Assembly: GCA_025999275.1 (NCBI GenBank)
Contig: AP024680.1
Location: 244,728 to 308,727 of the forward strand
Reading direction: 5' to 3'
Source of the DNA: Patescibacteria group bacterium
GTDB taxonomy: Bacteria > Patescibacteriota > Microgenomatia > UBA8517
Length of the DNA: 64,000 nucleotides
Positions 28,908 through 38,717 of this stretch are shown in pieces; the stretch's first letter is position 1; each line of letters begins with the position of its first letter. The translations under genes and the position numbers were made by a program. Under the pieces are notes generated by a model, which did no database searches, was not told the origin of the DNA, and was given only the letters and a program-made list of their open reading frames with translations.

Positions 28908-30383
28908 ATGAATGGAAAAAAAGTAGTTGTCGTTGGTGGTGGAATAGGAGGGTTGGCAACAGCTTCTCTTTTAGCTAAAGATGGCTATTCTGTCACTCTT
29001 ATTGAGAAAAATAGTACTTTGGGTGGTAGGGCAAGAAAGTTAGAGACTGGTGGTTTCACTTTTGATATGGGCCCATCGTGGTATATGATGCCTGAAGTTT
29101 TTGAGAATTACTTTTCTTTGTTTGGTAAAAAAGTTTCAGATTTTTATAAGCTCAAGAGATTAAAAACTCATTATCGTGTTTTTTTTGATGACGGTAAAAA
29201 AATTGATATAACCTCAGATATTAAGAAAAATCTTAATTTGTTTGCTCAGTTTGAAGAAAATGGCGACAAAAAGTTAAGAGAAATACTTGATGAGGCAAAG
29301 CGTGTTTATAACAAATCCATGGAATCACTCGTATTTGAGAGTTATAAAAATCCTTTTTCTCTTGTTAAAAAGGATGTATTACTTAATCTTATCAGCTTTG
29401 ATTTATTCCAAAGTCTTCATAACTACATAAAGAAAAGAATTAAAAGCCCATATCTTCAGAAAATACTTGAGTTTACTACAGTTTTTCTTGGGGGATCTCC
29501 CTTTAATACTCCCGCTTTTTATAAATTAGTTGCTCATGCGGATTTTGATTTGGGAATTTATTATCCTGTTGGTGGAATATATAAGGTTGTTAATGCCTTG
29601 GAATCTCTGGCTCGCAGTAACAATGTGAGAATTATATTAAATGAGTCGGTTGTAAAAGTTTCTTTTAGCGGCAAAAGTATAAAAAAAGTTATTACTAATA
29701 GATCTAGTTATGATTCTGATTTTGTTGTTGTTAATGCTGATTATGCTTTTTTTGAGACCAATATTTTACCCAAATCATTTAGAACTTATGATAAAGATTT
29801 TTGGAATGATAGAGTTTTGTCGCCTTCGGCGTTTTTGTTGTACTTAGGATTTGATGGTAATATAAATAAGAGCAGTCATCACAATCTTTATTTCACCAGT
29901 TCTTGGGAAAGAAATTTTGATGAGGTTTATAATGATCCTAGAATTCCTGATAACCCATCTTTTTATTGGCATATTCCTTCAAAAACTGATAGTAGTTTGG
30001 CACCAAAAGGTTGTTCTTCTGTTATGATATTGGTTCCTATTTCTCCCAAGGTTTCTTTTAGTAAATCATCTTTGAAAAATTTTTCGGATAGAATTATAGA
30101 TACATTTGCTAAAATAAATAATATATCAAATATTGAAAGTAAGATTTTGTTTAAGAAGGTATTTTATTCAAAAGATTTTATTAAAGATTATAATTCTTTC
30201 AAGGGTTCAGCTTTTGGAATTGCTCATACTCTTTCTCAGACAGCTATATTTCGGCCTAAGAATTTTTCGAAAAAAGTGGATAACCTTTTTTATGTTGGTC
30301 ACCACACTAATCCTGGAATTGGTATGCCTCCTGTGATAATTTCATCACAAATTGTTTACAATTTGATCAAAAATGAACATTAA
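28908..30383 (+). CDS. crtI: Phytoene desaturase family FAD-dependent oxidoreductase (CrtI/CrtN-like)
   Basis: FAD dinucleotide fold VVVVGGGIGGLATASLLAKDGYSVTLIEKNSTLGGRA. Length and C-terminal pattern fit CrtI. Start moved to MNGKK, because the upstream in-frame extension overlaps the opposite-strand zinc-ribbon gene. Confidence 0.8.
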   Translation: MNGKKVVVVGGGIGGLATASLLAKDGYSVTLIEKNSTLGGRARKLETGGFTFDMGPSWYMMPEVFENYFSLFGKKVSDFYKLKRLKTHYRVFFDDGKKIDITSDIKKNLNLFAQFEENGDKKLREILDEAKRVYNKSMESLVFESYKNPFSLVKKDVLLNLISFDLFQSLHNYIKKRIKSPYLQKILEFTTVFLGGSPFNTPAFYKLVAHADFDLGIYYPVGGIYKVVNALESLARSNNVRIILNESVVKVSFSGKSIKKVITNRSSYDSDFVVVNADYAFFETNILPKSFRTYDKDFWNDRVLSPSAFLLYLGFDGNINKSSHHNLYFTSSWERNFDEVYNDPRIPDNPSFYWHIPSKTDSSLAPKGCSSVMILVPISPKVSFSKSSLKNFSDRIIDTFAKINNISNIESKILFKKVFYSKDFIKDYNSFKGSAFGIAHTLSQTAIFRPKNFSKKVDNLFYVGHHTNPGIGMPPVIISSQIVYNLIKNEH

Positions 30384-31215
30384 TAAATATTCTCTTATAA
30401 CTAAAAAATATTCTAATACCTTTTACTATTCCACTCTAATTTTCCCAAAAGAAGTTAGAGATAAGGTTTTCGTTCTTTATTCCTTTGTTAGGACTATTGA
30501 TAATTTGATGGATAGTAAAAAACCAGACATAGCCAAATTTAATGATTTGAGAAGTAGTTTTGAGAAAGCTTGGAAGGGTGAACCTGTTAATAATAAACTA
30601 GTTGTTGATTTTGTTAGTGTTGCTAAAAGTAACAATTTTTCCAAAAAATGGATTGACGATTTTTTTGATGCTCAAATTTTAAGCGCCAAGAAGAAAACTT
30701 ATAATGATTTTGACGATTTGAAAAAAAATATTTATGGCGTGGCCGGGGTGATAGGTCTTTTTATGTCAAAGATTATTGGCTTGCCAAAAAAAGTTTATAA
30801 GAATGCTGTTCTTCTAGGAGAGTCGATGCAGATTATTAATTGTATGCGGGATATTGTTGAAGACTATAAAATGGGCAGAATCTATATTCCAGTTGAGGAT
30901 TTAGAAAAGTTTGGATTGAGTGTTGATAATTTTCTGAATAAGAAAAATAGAAATAAACTTAAGGAAGTTATTAATTTTCAATTACAGAGGGCTTTTAAAT
31001 TTGGAGAAAAAGCCTCTTTGTCATTTTCTTATTTTGACAAAAGAAATCTTCTTGCTGTAAAAACATCTTTTGATCTTTATTGCTTTATAGGCAAAAAGAT
31101 ATTAAAAGATCCAGAAATTATATTTCAAAGGAAAAAAATAAAGCCTGGTTTATTATTTATTTTGCTCACCTTTTTTAAAAATTTTTTTAATATCTATTTT
31201 TTGGGTAGAAAATAG
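30373..31215 (+). CDS. crtB: Phytoene/dehydrosqualene synthase family (CrtB/CrtM-like)
   Basis: Trans-isoprenyl diphosphate synthase head-to-head family, with YxxxR and Asp-rich motifs (YSFVRTIDNLMD, MRDIVEDYKMGRIYIP). Overlaps the crtI stop. Confidence 0.75.
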   Translation: MNINKYSLITKKYSNTFYYSTLIFPKEVRDKVFVLYSFVRTIDNLMDSKKPDIAKFNDLRSSFEKAWKGEPVNNKLVVDFVSVAKSNNFSKKWIDDFFDAQILSAKKKTYNDFDDLKKNIYGVAGVIGLFMSKIIGLPKKVYKNAVLLGESMQIINCMRDIVEDYKMGRIYIPVEDLEKFGLSVDNFLNKKNRNKLKEVINFQLQRAFKFGEKASLSFSYFDKRNLLAVKTSFDLYCFIGKKILKDPEIIFQRKKIKPGLLFILLTFFKNFFNIYFLGRK

Positions 31216-31220
31216 CTTTT

Positions 31221-31883
31221 ATGCCAAAAAGGTTTTTTTATCTTTTTTTGCTCTTGTTAATATTATTTTTGCCACTTTTATCCTCTATTTTTTATAAGAA
31301 TTTTGTTTTTCCTGAGTTTTTAAAGCTTGTTTTTTCTATTTTGTTGCCGTCGTTTATATTTATTCTTTGGGATTTGCGAGTTGTTGGAAAATGGTGGAGT
31401 TTTAACAATGATTATATTTTAGGTTACAGATTTAAGGGATTGCCTCTTGAGGAAATAATGTTTTTTCCTGTGGTTTCTTTTTCAACTCTTATTATATGGG
31501 TGAACCTAGAGAATTTGTTTGCTGATAGCTATTATTTTGTCTTTTTACCTGCTTTTATTTTTTTAATCTCATTTTTAATTTCTATTTTTTCTTATTTTAA
31601 GGGTAAAATTTACAGTTTTTTTGTTTTTGTTTTATTGTGTTTATTGTTTATTATGGATTTTTTAATAGGAACAAAAATCCTATTTTTAAAAAGGAATTAT
31701 ATTTTTATTTTGATTGTTATTTTTTTGACCCTTATTTTTAATTACCCTCTCACCAAGTTACCTGTTGTTTCTTATAACAAAAAATTTTTTTGGGGGAAGA
31801 GAATTCTAACAATTCCTTTTGAAGATTTTGTTTATGGAATTGATTTTTTGATTTTGGTGGTGATGATTTATCAGTTTCTTTAA
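31221..31883 (+). CDS. Lycopene cyclase domain membrane protein (fused CrtYc/CrtYd type)
   Basis: Polytopic membrane protein with two PxE(E/D) signatures (LPLEEIMFFP and IPFEDFVYG) in separate halves. Sits immediately after crtB. Confidence 0.55.
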   Translation: MPKRFFYLFLLLLILFLPLLSSIFYKNFVFPEFLKLVFSILLPSFIFILWDLRVVGKWWSFNNDYILGYRFKGLPLEEIMFFPVVSFSTLIIWVNLENLFADSYYFVFLPAFIFLISFLISIFSYFKGKIYSFFVFVLLCLLFIMDFLIGTKILFLKRNYIFILIVIFLTLIFNYPLTKLPVVSYNKKFFWGKRILTIPFEDFVYGIDFLILVVMIYQFL

Positions 31884-31951
31884 ATTTTTATCGACTTATT
31901 TAGCCAGCTTTAATTTTTATTTTTCTAGAACCAATTTGATAGAATGAATTT

Positions 31952-32389
31952 ATGAAAATTGTTGTTCAGAGGGTCAAAGAAGCGCAGGTTGAGACTAATG
32001 GCGAAATTGTTGGCAAGATTAAGAAAGGTCTTTTTGTCCTTCTTGGGGTGGCAAAAGGAGACAGGGAAGAAAAGGCGATCTTTTTAGCAGAAAAACTAGC
32101 AAAACTGAGGGTAATGGCTGATGATAATGATAAAATGAATTTATCGGTTAATGAGGTTAAAGGAGCGGTTCTTGTTGTTTCTCAATTCACTTTGTATGCG
32201 GATACGCAAGGAGGCAATAGACCATCCTTTATTGATGCTGCAGAGCCAGAAATTGCAAAGTCTTGTTATGAAGCTTTTATTAAGAGATTAAGAGATTTGG
32301 GTTTAGAGGTTGAGACTGGTCGTTTTGGGTCTTATATGAATATTAAGGCTCTTCTTGATGGGCCTGTAACTATAATTATTGAGAAATGA
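31952..32389 (+). CDS. dtd: D-aminoacyl-tRNA deacylase
   Basis: MKIVVQRV... SQFTLYADTQGGNRPSF, the DTD signature. 145 aa. Confidence 0.85.
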   Translation: MKIVVQRVKEAQVETNGEIVGKIKKGLFVLLGVAKGDREEKAIFLAEKLAKLRVMADDNDKMNLSVNEVKGAVLVVSQFTLYADTQGGNRPSFIDAAEPEIAKSCYEAFIKRLRDLGLEVETGRFGSYMNIKALLDGPVTIIIEK

Positions 32390-32994
32390 AAATTAATTGG
32401 GGTTTAATTTTTGAGGTTTTTTATTCTATTTTTACCGTCTTTCTTGTAATTTTTTTGGTAATTTCAGCTTATGTTTTTGGTTTCAAGACGGGGAGTAATT
32501 ATGGTTTTAATCAGGCCATTAGTCAGTTAAATGGAAAGGCAAGTTCTCTTGAGATTCCAAAGCCTACCTCTACACCAGTTGTAGTTAAGCAAACTACTCC
32601 AGCGCCAAGACCAAAGATTCCAAATTGGACGGGGCCAGAGCTTTGGGAAGCTGTAAATAAAGCTCGTGTTGAACACGGGGTTAATCCTCTAAAACAGGCA
32701 GATGAGCTTTGTACAATTGCCTCGATTAGGTTAAATGAGCTTCTTGAACTTGGCAAACTTGATGGCCATGAAGGCTTTTCCAGTTTGCCTGAGAGAAGGT
32801 CAGATTTGAAGTGGATTTTTGAAAAATACACAATTGCTGAGTTTTTAATAGCAGGAGCGAGTTCAGCTCAAGATGCAGTTAATGCTTGGCTTGATACCCT
32901 TGGCCATAGGAAACTTTTAACTGGTGGAGAGTATGTTTGGGGGTGTACTTATGCTCAAAATGGTTTTGGAGTTGCTATTGCCGCTTTTCAATAA
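32386..32994 (+). CDS. CAP/SCP/PR-1 family protein, membrane-anchored
   Basis: N-terminal TM helix. GHRKLLTGGEYVWGCTYAQ near the C-terminus and HGVNPL/W motifs as in CAP domains. Confidence 0.55.
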   Translation: MKINWGLIFEVFYSIFTVFLVIFLVISAYVFGFKTGSNYGFNQAISQLNGKASSLEIPKPTSTPVVVKQTTPAPRPKIPNWTGPELWEAVNKARVEHGVNPLKQADELCTIASIRLNELLELGKLDGHEGFSSLPERRSDLKWIFEKYTIAEFLIAGASSAQDAVNAWLDTLGHRKLLTGGEYVWGCTYAQNGFGVAIAAFQ

Positions 32995-33586
32995 GTTTAT
33001 TTTTCTTTAAGAATTCCAAAATTCTAGATTTTGTTTTATATTGTCTGCCAATCGAGACAAAAAGACGGTTTATGTCCCTCCAGTATTTTTTGGGTATAAC
33101 TCTTGTTAATTCTTCTTCTGTTTCTTCGGGTGTTTTGGTTTTAACGACTTCAAGCATATTTGAGATCTTGTGAACATGTGTGTCAACAGCTATTGCAGGT
33201 ATTCCAAAAGCTCTGTTTAAAACCAGATTAGCGGTTTTTCTTCCAACTCCCGGTAGACTGACAAGGTCCGTCCTTGTCGTTGGCACTCTTCCTTGGTATT
33301 TGTTTAAAATTAACTTCGATAATTTTTTTAAGTGTTTTGCTTTTGTTTTATAAAAGCCAACGGGATAGATTAGTTTTTGTATTTCAGAAACGCTTAGCTG
33401 ATTAAGTTTTCTGAAGTTGGGAGCTTTTTTGAAAAGTCTTTTTGAGGCTTCAAAAGTGGTTTCATCCTTTGTTCTTGCAGAAAGAAGAGTAGAAACCAAA
33501 ATCTCATATTCGCTTTTAAATTTTTCAAGCGGGATTTCTTGGTAGTTTTTCTTGAAAATGGTGATTATTTTCTTGATGTTTTTCAA
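32975..33586 (-). CDS. nth: Endonuclease III family DNA glycosylase (HhH-GPD), apparently lacking the C-terminal [4Fe-4S] Cys cluster
   Basis: LLSARTKDETT, helix-hairpin-helix LPGVGRKTANLVL and catalytic Asp region. No Cx6Cx2Cx5C motif at the C-terminus. Confidence 0.8.
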   Translation of the reverse strand: MKNIKKIITIFKKNYQEIPLEKFKSEYEILVSTLLSARTKDETTFEASKRLFKKAPNFRKLNQLSVSEIQKLIYPVGFYKTKAKHLKKLSKLILNKYQGRVPTTRTDLVSLPGVGRKTANLVLNRAFGIPAIAVDTHVHKISNMLEVVKTKTPEETEEELTRVIPKKYWRDINRLFVSIGRQYKTKSRILEFLKKNKLIEKRQ

Positions 33587-33662
33587 TTTTTAAGAAACAA
33601 AAAGCACAAACAAACCACTTACTGCAGAATCTTTTGTGCTTGGTTCAAGAAAAAAAGGTTTT

Positions 33663-33797
33663 TTAACCTCCAATCTTAAACATTGTTGTGCCACAAACTT
33701 CACAAGTGGCCTTGGTAGCTTTCTTACCGTTTTTCATTGTCACCTCGTTCTTATTTTTGCCTTCTCTTTTGGTTCGGCACTTGACACAATACATCAT
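33663..33797 (-). CDS. Small zinc-ribbon protein of 44 aa
   Basis: MMYCVKCRTKREGKNKNEVTMKNGKKATKATCEVCGTTMFKIGG carries CxxC-x21-CxxC. Preceded by ggggtgataaaaATG. Below the ORF-track cutoff. Confidence 0.4.
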   Translation of the reverse strand: MMYCVKCRTKREGKNKNEVTMKNGKKATKATCEVCGTTMFKIGG

Positions 33798-34200
33798 TTT
33801 TATCACCCCCTATCTCCAGACAAAATATAGCAATATCTCTAAAGCTAAGATAAAAGTTGTCAAAACAAGACTTTTGACCATATCTTTTTTTATAAAAGTC
33901 ATGTTGTTGGTATATTTATCCACCTTTTTACTATTTTGTAGATGGTTTAATTCTTTTGCTTGGTTTGTTTTAATATCTTGTATTTGTTTTTTTGAAGAGG
34001 TGATTTGGGTGTAGTTTATTGATTGGTTCAAATTCCATAGAAATCTATAGTTAGCACTCTTTTTTTCCTCTTTTGTCCTTCTTTTACTCACAGCTTTAAT
34101 TTATAAAAAAATAAGCTAAAATACAAGAACATTGTTTTTAATTTATTAATCTTGACATCAAAAAATCAAGGTGCGACAATGATAAAAGTTTGTTTAGTTT

Positions 34201-34665
34201 ATGGATTTTAATAGTCCTTTTTTTATTTGGCTCGTTTTAGTTAGTGTTTGGCTTGTTTTTTTGTCAATTATTTTTGTTTGGTTTTTTTTGAAAATAAACA
34301 GTTTAATTAGAAATGAAGATAAGAAGGGGTTTGTTAAGGTTTTTGAGGGTATCCTAAAACAGGAGAAGGAAAATTTAAAAGAAATTGGCGAATTAAGGGC
34401 TGAAGTCAAAAAGATTTCTGAGGAAGGGATAAATCATTTCCAAAAGTTGGGGTTGGTAAGGTTTAACCCTTTTAATGAAACGGGTGGTGATCATAGTTTT
34501 TCTTTATCGCTTTTGGACGGAAAAAATAATGGTTTGGTAATGACTGGGCTACACACAAGGGAAAGGACACGTCTTTATGTGAAGCCAATTAAGGCTTTGA
34601 AAAGTGAATACGAACTTTCGACCGAGGAGGAAAAAGCAATTAATAAAGCAATTGGTAAAAAATGA
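34201..34665 (+). CDS. DUF4446-like membrane-anchored protein
   Basis: N-terminal TM helix, then GLVRFNPFNETGGDHSFSLSLLDGKNNGLVMTGLHTRERTRLYVKPI, which resembles the conserved core of DUF4446 proteins. Confidence 0.45.
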   Translation: MDFNSPFFIWLVLVSVWLVFLSIIFVWFFLKINSLIRNEDKKGFVKVFEGILKQEKENLKEIGELRAEVKKISEEGINHFQKLGLVRFNPFNETGGDHSFSLSLLDGKNNGLVMTGLHTRERTRLYVKPIKALKSEYELSTEEEKAINKAIGKK

Positions 34666-35861
34666 AAGAATTTCTAACATCTAAAAGGTTTATGCTAATA
34701 GCCAGCTTTGTTGGCTTGTATTTGTTTTCTACTGGAGCATCGTTGGCTATTTTCTCGTTTTTGAAGGGAGACTCTGGTGTTGATAATATTGATCTTTCTG
34801 GGAATGTCTCAGAAGTTCGTTCTAAAATTGGAGAAGGGTTGCCAAAAACTGAAGAATGCCCTATTAATGGCGCTTTGTATAGTAAACCAGAAAGAGCGAT
34901 TTGGGAGAAAAGAAGACCAATTGCTGTAATGATAGAAAATTCTGTAGATGCTCGTCCTCAGTCAGGAATTTCAAAAGCAGATGTTGTTTATGAGGCTGTG
35001 GCTGAGGGGGGAGTTACTAGATTTTTGGCTATTTTTTATTGTGGAGCAGCTGCTGAAGATGTCAAAGTTGCTCCTGTTAGATCTGCTCGTGTTTATTTTA
35101 TTGATTGGGCAGCAGCTTATGGCAAGAACCCTATTTTTATGCATGTTGGAGGCGCTAATGATTTCGCTGGCACAGGAGATACAGCCAAGGAGGCTAGAGC
35201 TCTTGAACTTTTGCAAACGTTAGGTTGGCGGGTCCCTCAAGGCAATGATTTTGACACCACTTATGATTCAGGTTACCCAGTTTTTTGGCGCAATTATGAT
35301 AGACTCGATCATCAAGTTGCCACAGAGCATACTATGATGGCTTCTTTGGATGCTGCTTACAAACAGGCTGAGAAAAGAGGTTTTACTAATAAGGATAAAA
35401 ATGGAGTTAGTTGGGATATCAACTTCAAGCCTTGGAGGTTTACGGACGGTAAACCCCAATCTCAAATAGTTAAAGAAATATCTTTTGAATTTTGGGCTAA
35501 TAAGCCTGACTATGCAGTTTCTTGGAAATATAATCCTGCTGAGAATAGTTATTTGAGATTTAACGGTGGTGTTGAGCACAAAGACCATGAAACAAAAGAG
35601 CAGATAAAGGCTAAAAATGTGGTTATCCTTTTTACCAAGGAGCAATCATCAGTTGACAAAAACAAGCATAGCCTGTATACAACAATTGGAAAGGGTGAAG
35701 CATTGGTTTTCCAGAATGGGGAAGTGATTGAGGCCACTTGGCAAAAGGATAGTCGAGAGTCGATGATTGTTTTTAAGGATAAAAAGGGTAAGGAAATTTC
35801 TTTTGTAAGAGGGCCTATTTGGATAGAGGTCTTGGCGATTGGATCGAAAGTAAATTATTAA
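34662..35861 (+). CDS. DUF3048-like (YerB-like) secreted protein
   Basis: N-terminal signal anchor, then RPIAVMIENSVDARPQSGISKADVVYEAVAEGGVTRFLAIFY, characteristic of DUF3048. Confidence 0.45.
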   Translation: MKEFLTSKRFMLIASFVGLYLFSTGASLAIFSFLKGDSGVDNIDLSGNVSEVRSKIGEGLPKTEECPINGALYSKPERAIWEKRRPIAVMIENSVDARPQSGISKADVVYEAVAEGGVTRFLAIFYCGAAAEDVKVAPVRSARVYFIDWAAAYGKNPIFMHVGGANDFAGTGDTAKEARALELLQTLGWRVPQGNDFDTTYDSGYPVFWRNYDRLDHQVATEHTMMASLDAAYKQAEKRGFTNKDKNGVSWDINFKPWRFTDGKPQSQIVKEISFEFWANKPDYAVSWKYNPAENSYLRFNGGVEHKDHETKEQIKAKNVVILFTKEQSSVDKNKHSLYTTIGKGEALVFQNGEVIEATWQKDSRESMIVFKDKKGKEISFVRGPIWIEVLAIGSKVNY

Positions 35862-35887
35862 TAATATTTTTTTCTGCCTTAACTTAA

Positions 35888-36472
35888 ATGGCAAGTCTTG
35901 CAGATATAATTACTTCTAGAGTCAGGGTTAAGCTTTTGGAGTTGTTTTTTTCCAATATTAACGAGCTTTATCATGTAAGGGGAATTGCTCGGGAAATAAA
36001 AGAGGAAATCAATGCAGTAAGACTAAGCCTTGCTGGGCTTGAGAAGGCAGGGATTATTAAAAAGGAAGTTAGGGGAAACAGGGTTTATTATTGGCCAAGG
36101 CAAGATTATCCCTTTTTTGAAGATATCTTGTCTATGGTTGCTAAAACTACAGGTATAGGTGCCAAGATTATTGAGAATAGAAGAAAAATAGGCAATATTA
36201 ATTGGGTGATGTTTTCAGAGAGGTTTGTAAAAAGGCAAGCAAGGCTTAAGGATGAGGATATTGATATTCTGATTGTTGGGGATGTGGTTTTGCCAGAAGT
36301 GGCAACTATTATTAGGTATGAAGAAGCAAATCGCAATATGGAAATAAATTATACGGTAATGTCTCGTGAGGAGTTTGAATTTAGGAAAAAAAGGCGCGAT
36401 CCGTTCCTTTTGGGGATTTTGTCTTCAAGTAGAATTATGATTATTGGAGATCAAGAAAGTTTGGTTGAGTAA
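35888..36472 (+). CDS. Hypothetical protein with an N-terminal winged-helix DNA-binding-like domain
   Basis: LYHVRGIAREIKEEINAVRLSLAGLEKAGIIKKEVRGNRVYY fits a wHTH fold. The C-terminal half is unassigned. Confidence 0.35.
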   Translation: MASLADIITSRVRVKLLELFFSNINELYHVRGIAREIKEEINAVRLSLAGLEKAGIIKKEVRGNRVYYWPRQDYPFFEDILSMVAKTTGIGAKIIENRRKIGNINWVMFSERFVKRQARLKDEDIDILIVGDVVLPEVATIIRYEEANRNMEINYTVMSREEFEFRKKRRDPFLLGILSSSRIMIIGDQESLVE

Positions 36473-36474
36473 TT

Positions 36475-37824
36475 ATGAAGTCTCCTCTTGCCAAAGTTAT
36501 AATTATTTTTATTTTTACTTTGATTTGCCTTTATATAGACTTACCTTCAAGCTTTCCAATCAAATTTAATATTGGAAACTATTCTGTTGATAAAACTTTC
36601 AATAGAGGAGGCTTGGATATTCAGTTTGGCAGATTTTCTTTTAGAAGAAGTCTTGATCTGGTTTTTGGGCTTGATCTGGCTGGTGGAAGCCATTTGGTTT
36701 TTGAGGCAGATTTGAGTGGAATTAAGCCGGAGGAAAAAGCAACAGCTCTGTCTTCTTTAAAAGAGGTAATTGAAAGAAGGGTCAATTTTTTTGGTGTATC
36801 AGAACCAAATATTCAGATTTCTTCATTTGAAAATAAGAGTAGAATTATAGTTGAATTACCTGGTGTTAGTGATCCAAAGCAGGCAACCTCTTTAATAGGT
36901 CAAACTGCCCAGTTGGTTTTTGGTGAGGTGGCTCCTCAAGCAGAAGATAAGGGTGAGAATAGCCAGTTGCCTTTTGTATTTACTGATTTGACTGGAGCGG
37001 ATCTTAAAAAAGCCAGTGTCGTCTTTGATCAGACTTCAGGTAGACCAGCTGTAAGTTTGGAATTTACGGACGAGGGGGCAAAGAAATTTGAATCTTTAAC
37101 TGAAAGAAATGTGGGTAAGATGCTTCCTATCTTTCTTGACAACCAAATTGTTTCTGCTCCTTTGGTTAAAGAAAAAATAGCCGGTGGAAGAGCTCAAATC
37201 AGTGGCGACTTCACTCTTGAAGAAGCAAAAAAGATGGCAATACAGCTTAATGCTGGAGCCTTGCCTGTGCCGGTAAAACTAGTTGAGGAAAGAACAGTTG
37301 GGGCCACTCTTGGTGAAGAGTCGATTTACAAAAGCATTCGCGCAGGTTTGGTTGGGCTTTTTATGGTGGTTTTGTTTATGTTTCTTTCTTATGGCTGGCT
37401 TGGTTTGATTGCAAGTCTGGCTCTTTTTATATTTGCTGCTATTAGCTTGGCAATTTATAAAATAGCTCCTGTTGTTTTAACACTTCCTGGGATTGCTGGT
37501 TTCTTGCTTTCGGTTGGTATGGCTGTTGATAGTAACATCTTGATCTTTGAGAGATTTAAGGAGGAAAGGCCAAGAAGGCCGCTTCGTGAGGCTCTTGAAG
37601 TTTCTTTTGGTCGTGCTTGGGATTCGATAAGGGATGCCAATATTGCTACTTTAACTACAGCTTTTGTTTTGGCTAACCCTTTTGATTGGGGATTTTTACA
37701 CACTTCAGGTCCTGTTCGTGGTTTTGCTATAACTTTAGCTTTAGGAGTAGCTTTAAGTATGTTTACTGGAATTGTTGTTTCAAGAAATTTGCTTAGAGTT
37801 TTAGTAAGAGAGAAAAAACAATGA
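36475..37824 (+). CDS. secD: Protein translocase subunit SecD
   Basis: Periplasmic domain followed by a six-TM C-terminus with the conserved SecD/SecF block VDSNILIFERFKEE. Adjacent secF. Confidence 0.85.
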   Translation: MKSPLAKVIIIFIFTLICLYIDLPSSFPIKFNIGNYSVDKTFNRGGLDIQFGRFSFRRSLDLVFGLDLAGGSHLVFEADLSGIKPEEKATALSSLKEVIERRVNFFGVSEPNIQISSFENKSRIIVELPGVSDPKQATSLIGQTAQLVFGEVAPQAEDKGENSQLPFVFTDLTGADLKKASVVFDQTSGRPAVSLEFTDEGAKKFESLTERNVGKMLPIFLDNQIVSAPLVKEKIAGGRAQISGDFTLEEAKKMAIQLNAGALPVPVKLVEERTVGATLGEESIYKSIRAGLVGLFMVVLFMFLSYGWLGLIASLALFIFAAISLAIYKIAPVVLTLPGIAGFLLSVGMAVDSNILIFERFKEERPRRPLREALEVSFGRAWDSIRDANIATLTTAFVLANPFDWGFLHTSGPVRGFAITLALGVALSMFTGIVVSRNLLRVLVREKKQ

Positions 37825-38717
37825 TTAATTGGCTTAAATATAAATATATTTATTTTAGTATTTCTATTTTGGCTTTATCTCTGGGTTTGTTTGGGATCCT
37901 AAAGTGGGGTTTGAGGCTTTCGATTGATTTTACTGGTGGAGTAATGGCTGAATATGTTTTGGGTAAAGATGTTTCAATTGAGGATATAAAGTCAAAAATA
38001 GAAAATGAAGTAAAGGCAAATGTTTCCTCGATTTCTAAAGTTGGTGATGGAGGCTCTTATATTTTCCGTATTTCAAGTTTGAATGACAATCAAAAGGAAA
38101 AATTAAAAGATATTCTAAAAGAAGCAGCTGGAGACAATTTTAAGGAATTAAGATTTGAAAATGTTGGACCTTCAGTTGGACCAGAGCTTGTAAAAAAGAC
38201 AGTTTATGCAATTGTAATTAGCTCTTTCTTCATACTTTTAATGGTTGCCAGACAATTTAGCAGTTTTAAATTTGGAATTTCGGCAATTTTGGCGATGTTT
38301 CATGATAGCTTTATTCTAATTAGCTCATTTTCTTGGTTTGGCCATTTTTTTGGAGCGGAAGTTGATTTTCTTTTTGTCACTGCTCTTTTAACTACACTTT
38401 CATTTTCTGTCCATGACACAATTGTTGTTTATGATCGAATAAGAGAATTGCAGAGGAAAGAGGGGGGAGAGTTTGTTTCTTTGGCCAACAGAGCCTTGAG
38501 TGAAACTATGGTTAGATCTTTAAATAATTCATTTACGATTATATTTATGCTTGTTGCCATGATTCTTCTTGGAGGGTCAACGATCAAGTGGTTTGCGGTT
38601 GCACTTCTTTTAGGGACAATTGCTGGAACCTACTCATCTCCTTTTGTTGCTGTGCCACTACTTGTAGTTTGGAATAACTGGGAAGAAAAGATACGTTTAA
38701 GGAAGTTGTCAAGATAA
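37821..38717 (+). CDS. secF: Protein translocase subunit SecF
   Basis: Coupled to secD (4-nt overlap). N-terminal TM helix, then a SecF periplasmic domain and six TMs with HDTIVVYDRIRE. Confidence 0.85.
   Translation: MINWLKYKYIYFSISILALSLGLFGILKWGLRLSIDFTGGVMAEYVLGKDVSIEDIKSKIENEVKANVSSISKVGDGGSYIFRISSLNDNQKEKLKDILKEAAGDNFKELRFENVGPSVGPELVKKTVYAIVISSFFILLMVARQFSSFKFGISAILAMFHDSFILISSFSWFGHFFGAEVDFLFVTALLTTLSFSVHDTIVVYDRIRELQRKEGGEFVSLANRALSETMVRSLNNSFTIIFMLVAMILLGGSTIKWFAVALLLGTIAGTYSSPFVAVPLLVVWNNWEEKIRLRKLSR

Noticed and set aside
34150-34185. Sigma70-like promoter (TTGACA-17 bp-GACAAT) upstream of the DUF4446-like gene
   Set aside because: The -10 match is only 4/6 and TTGACA is part of a hairpin. 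Left unannotated for lack of support.
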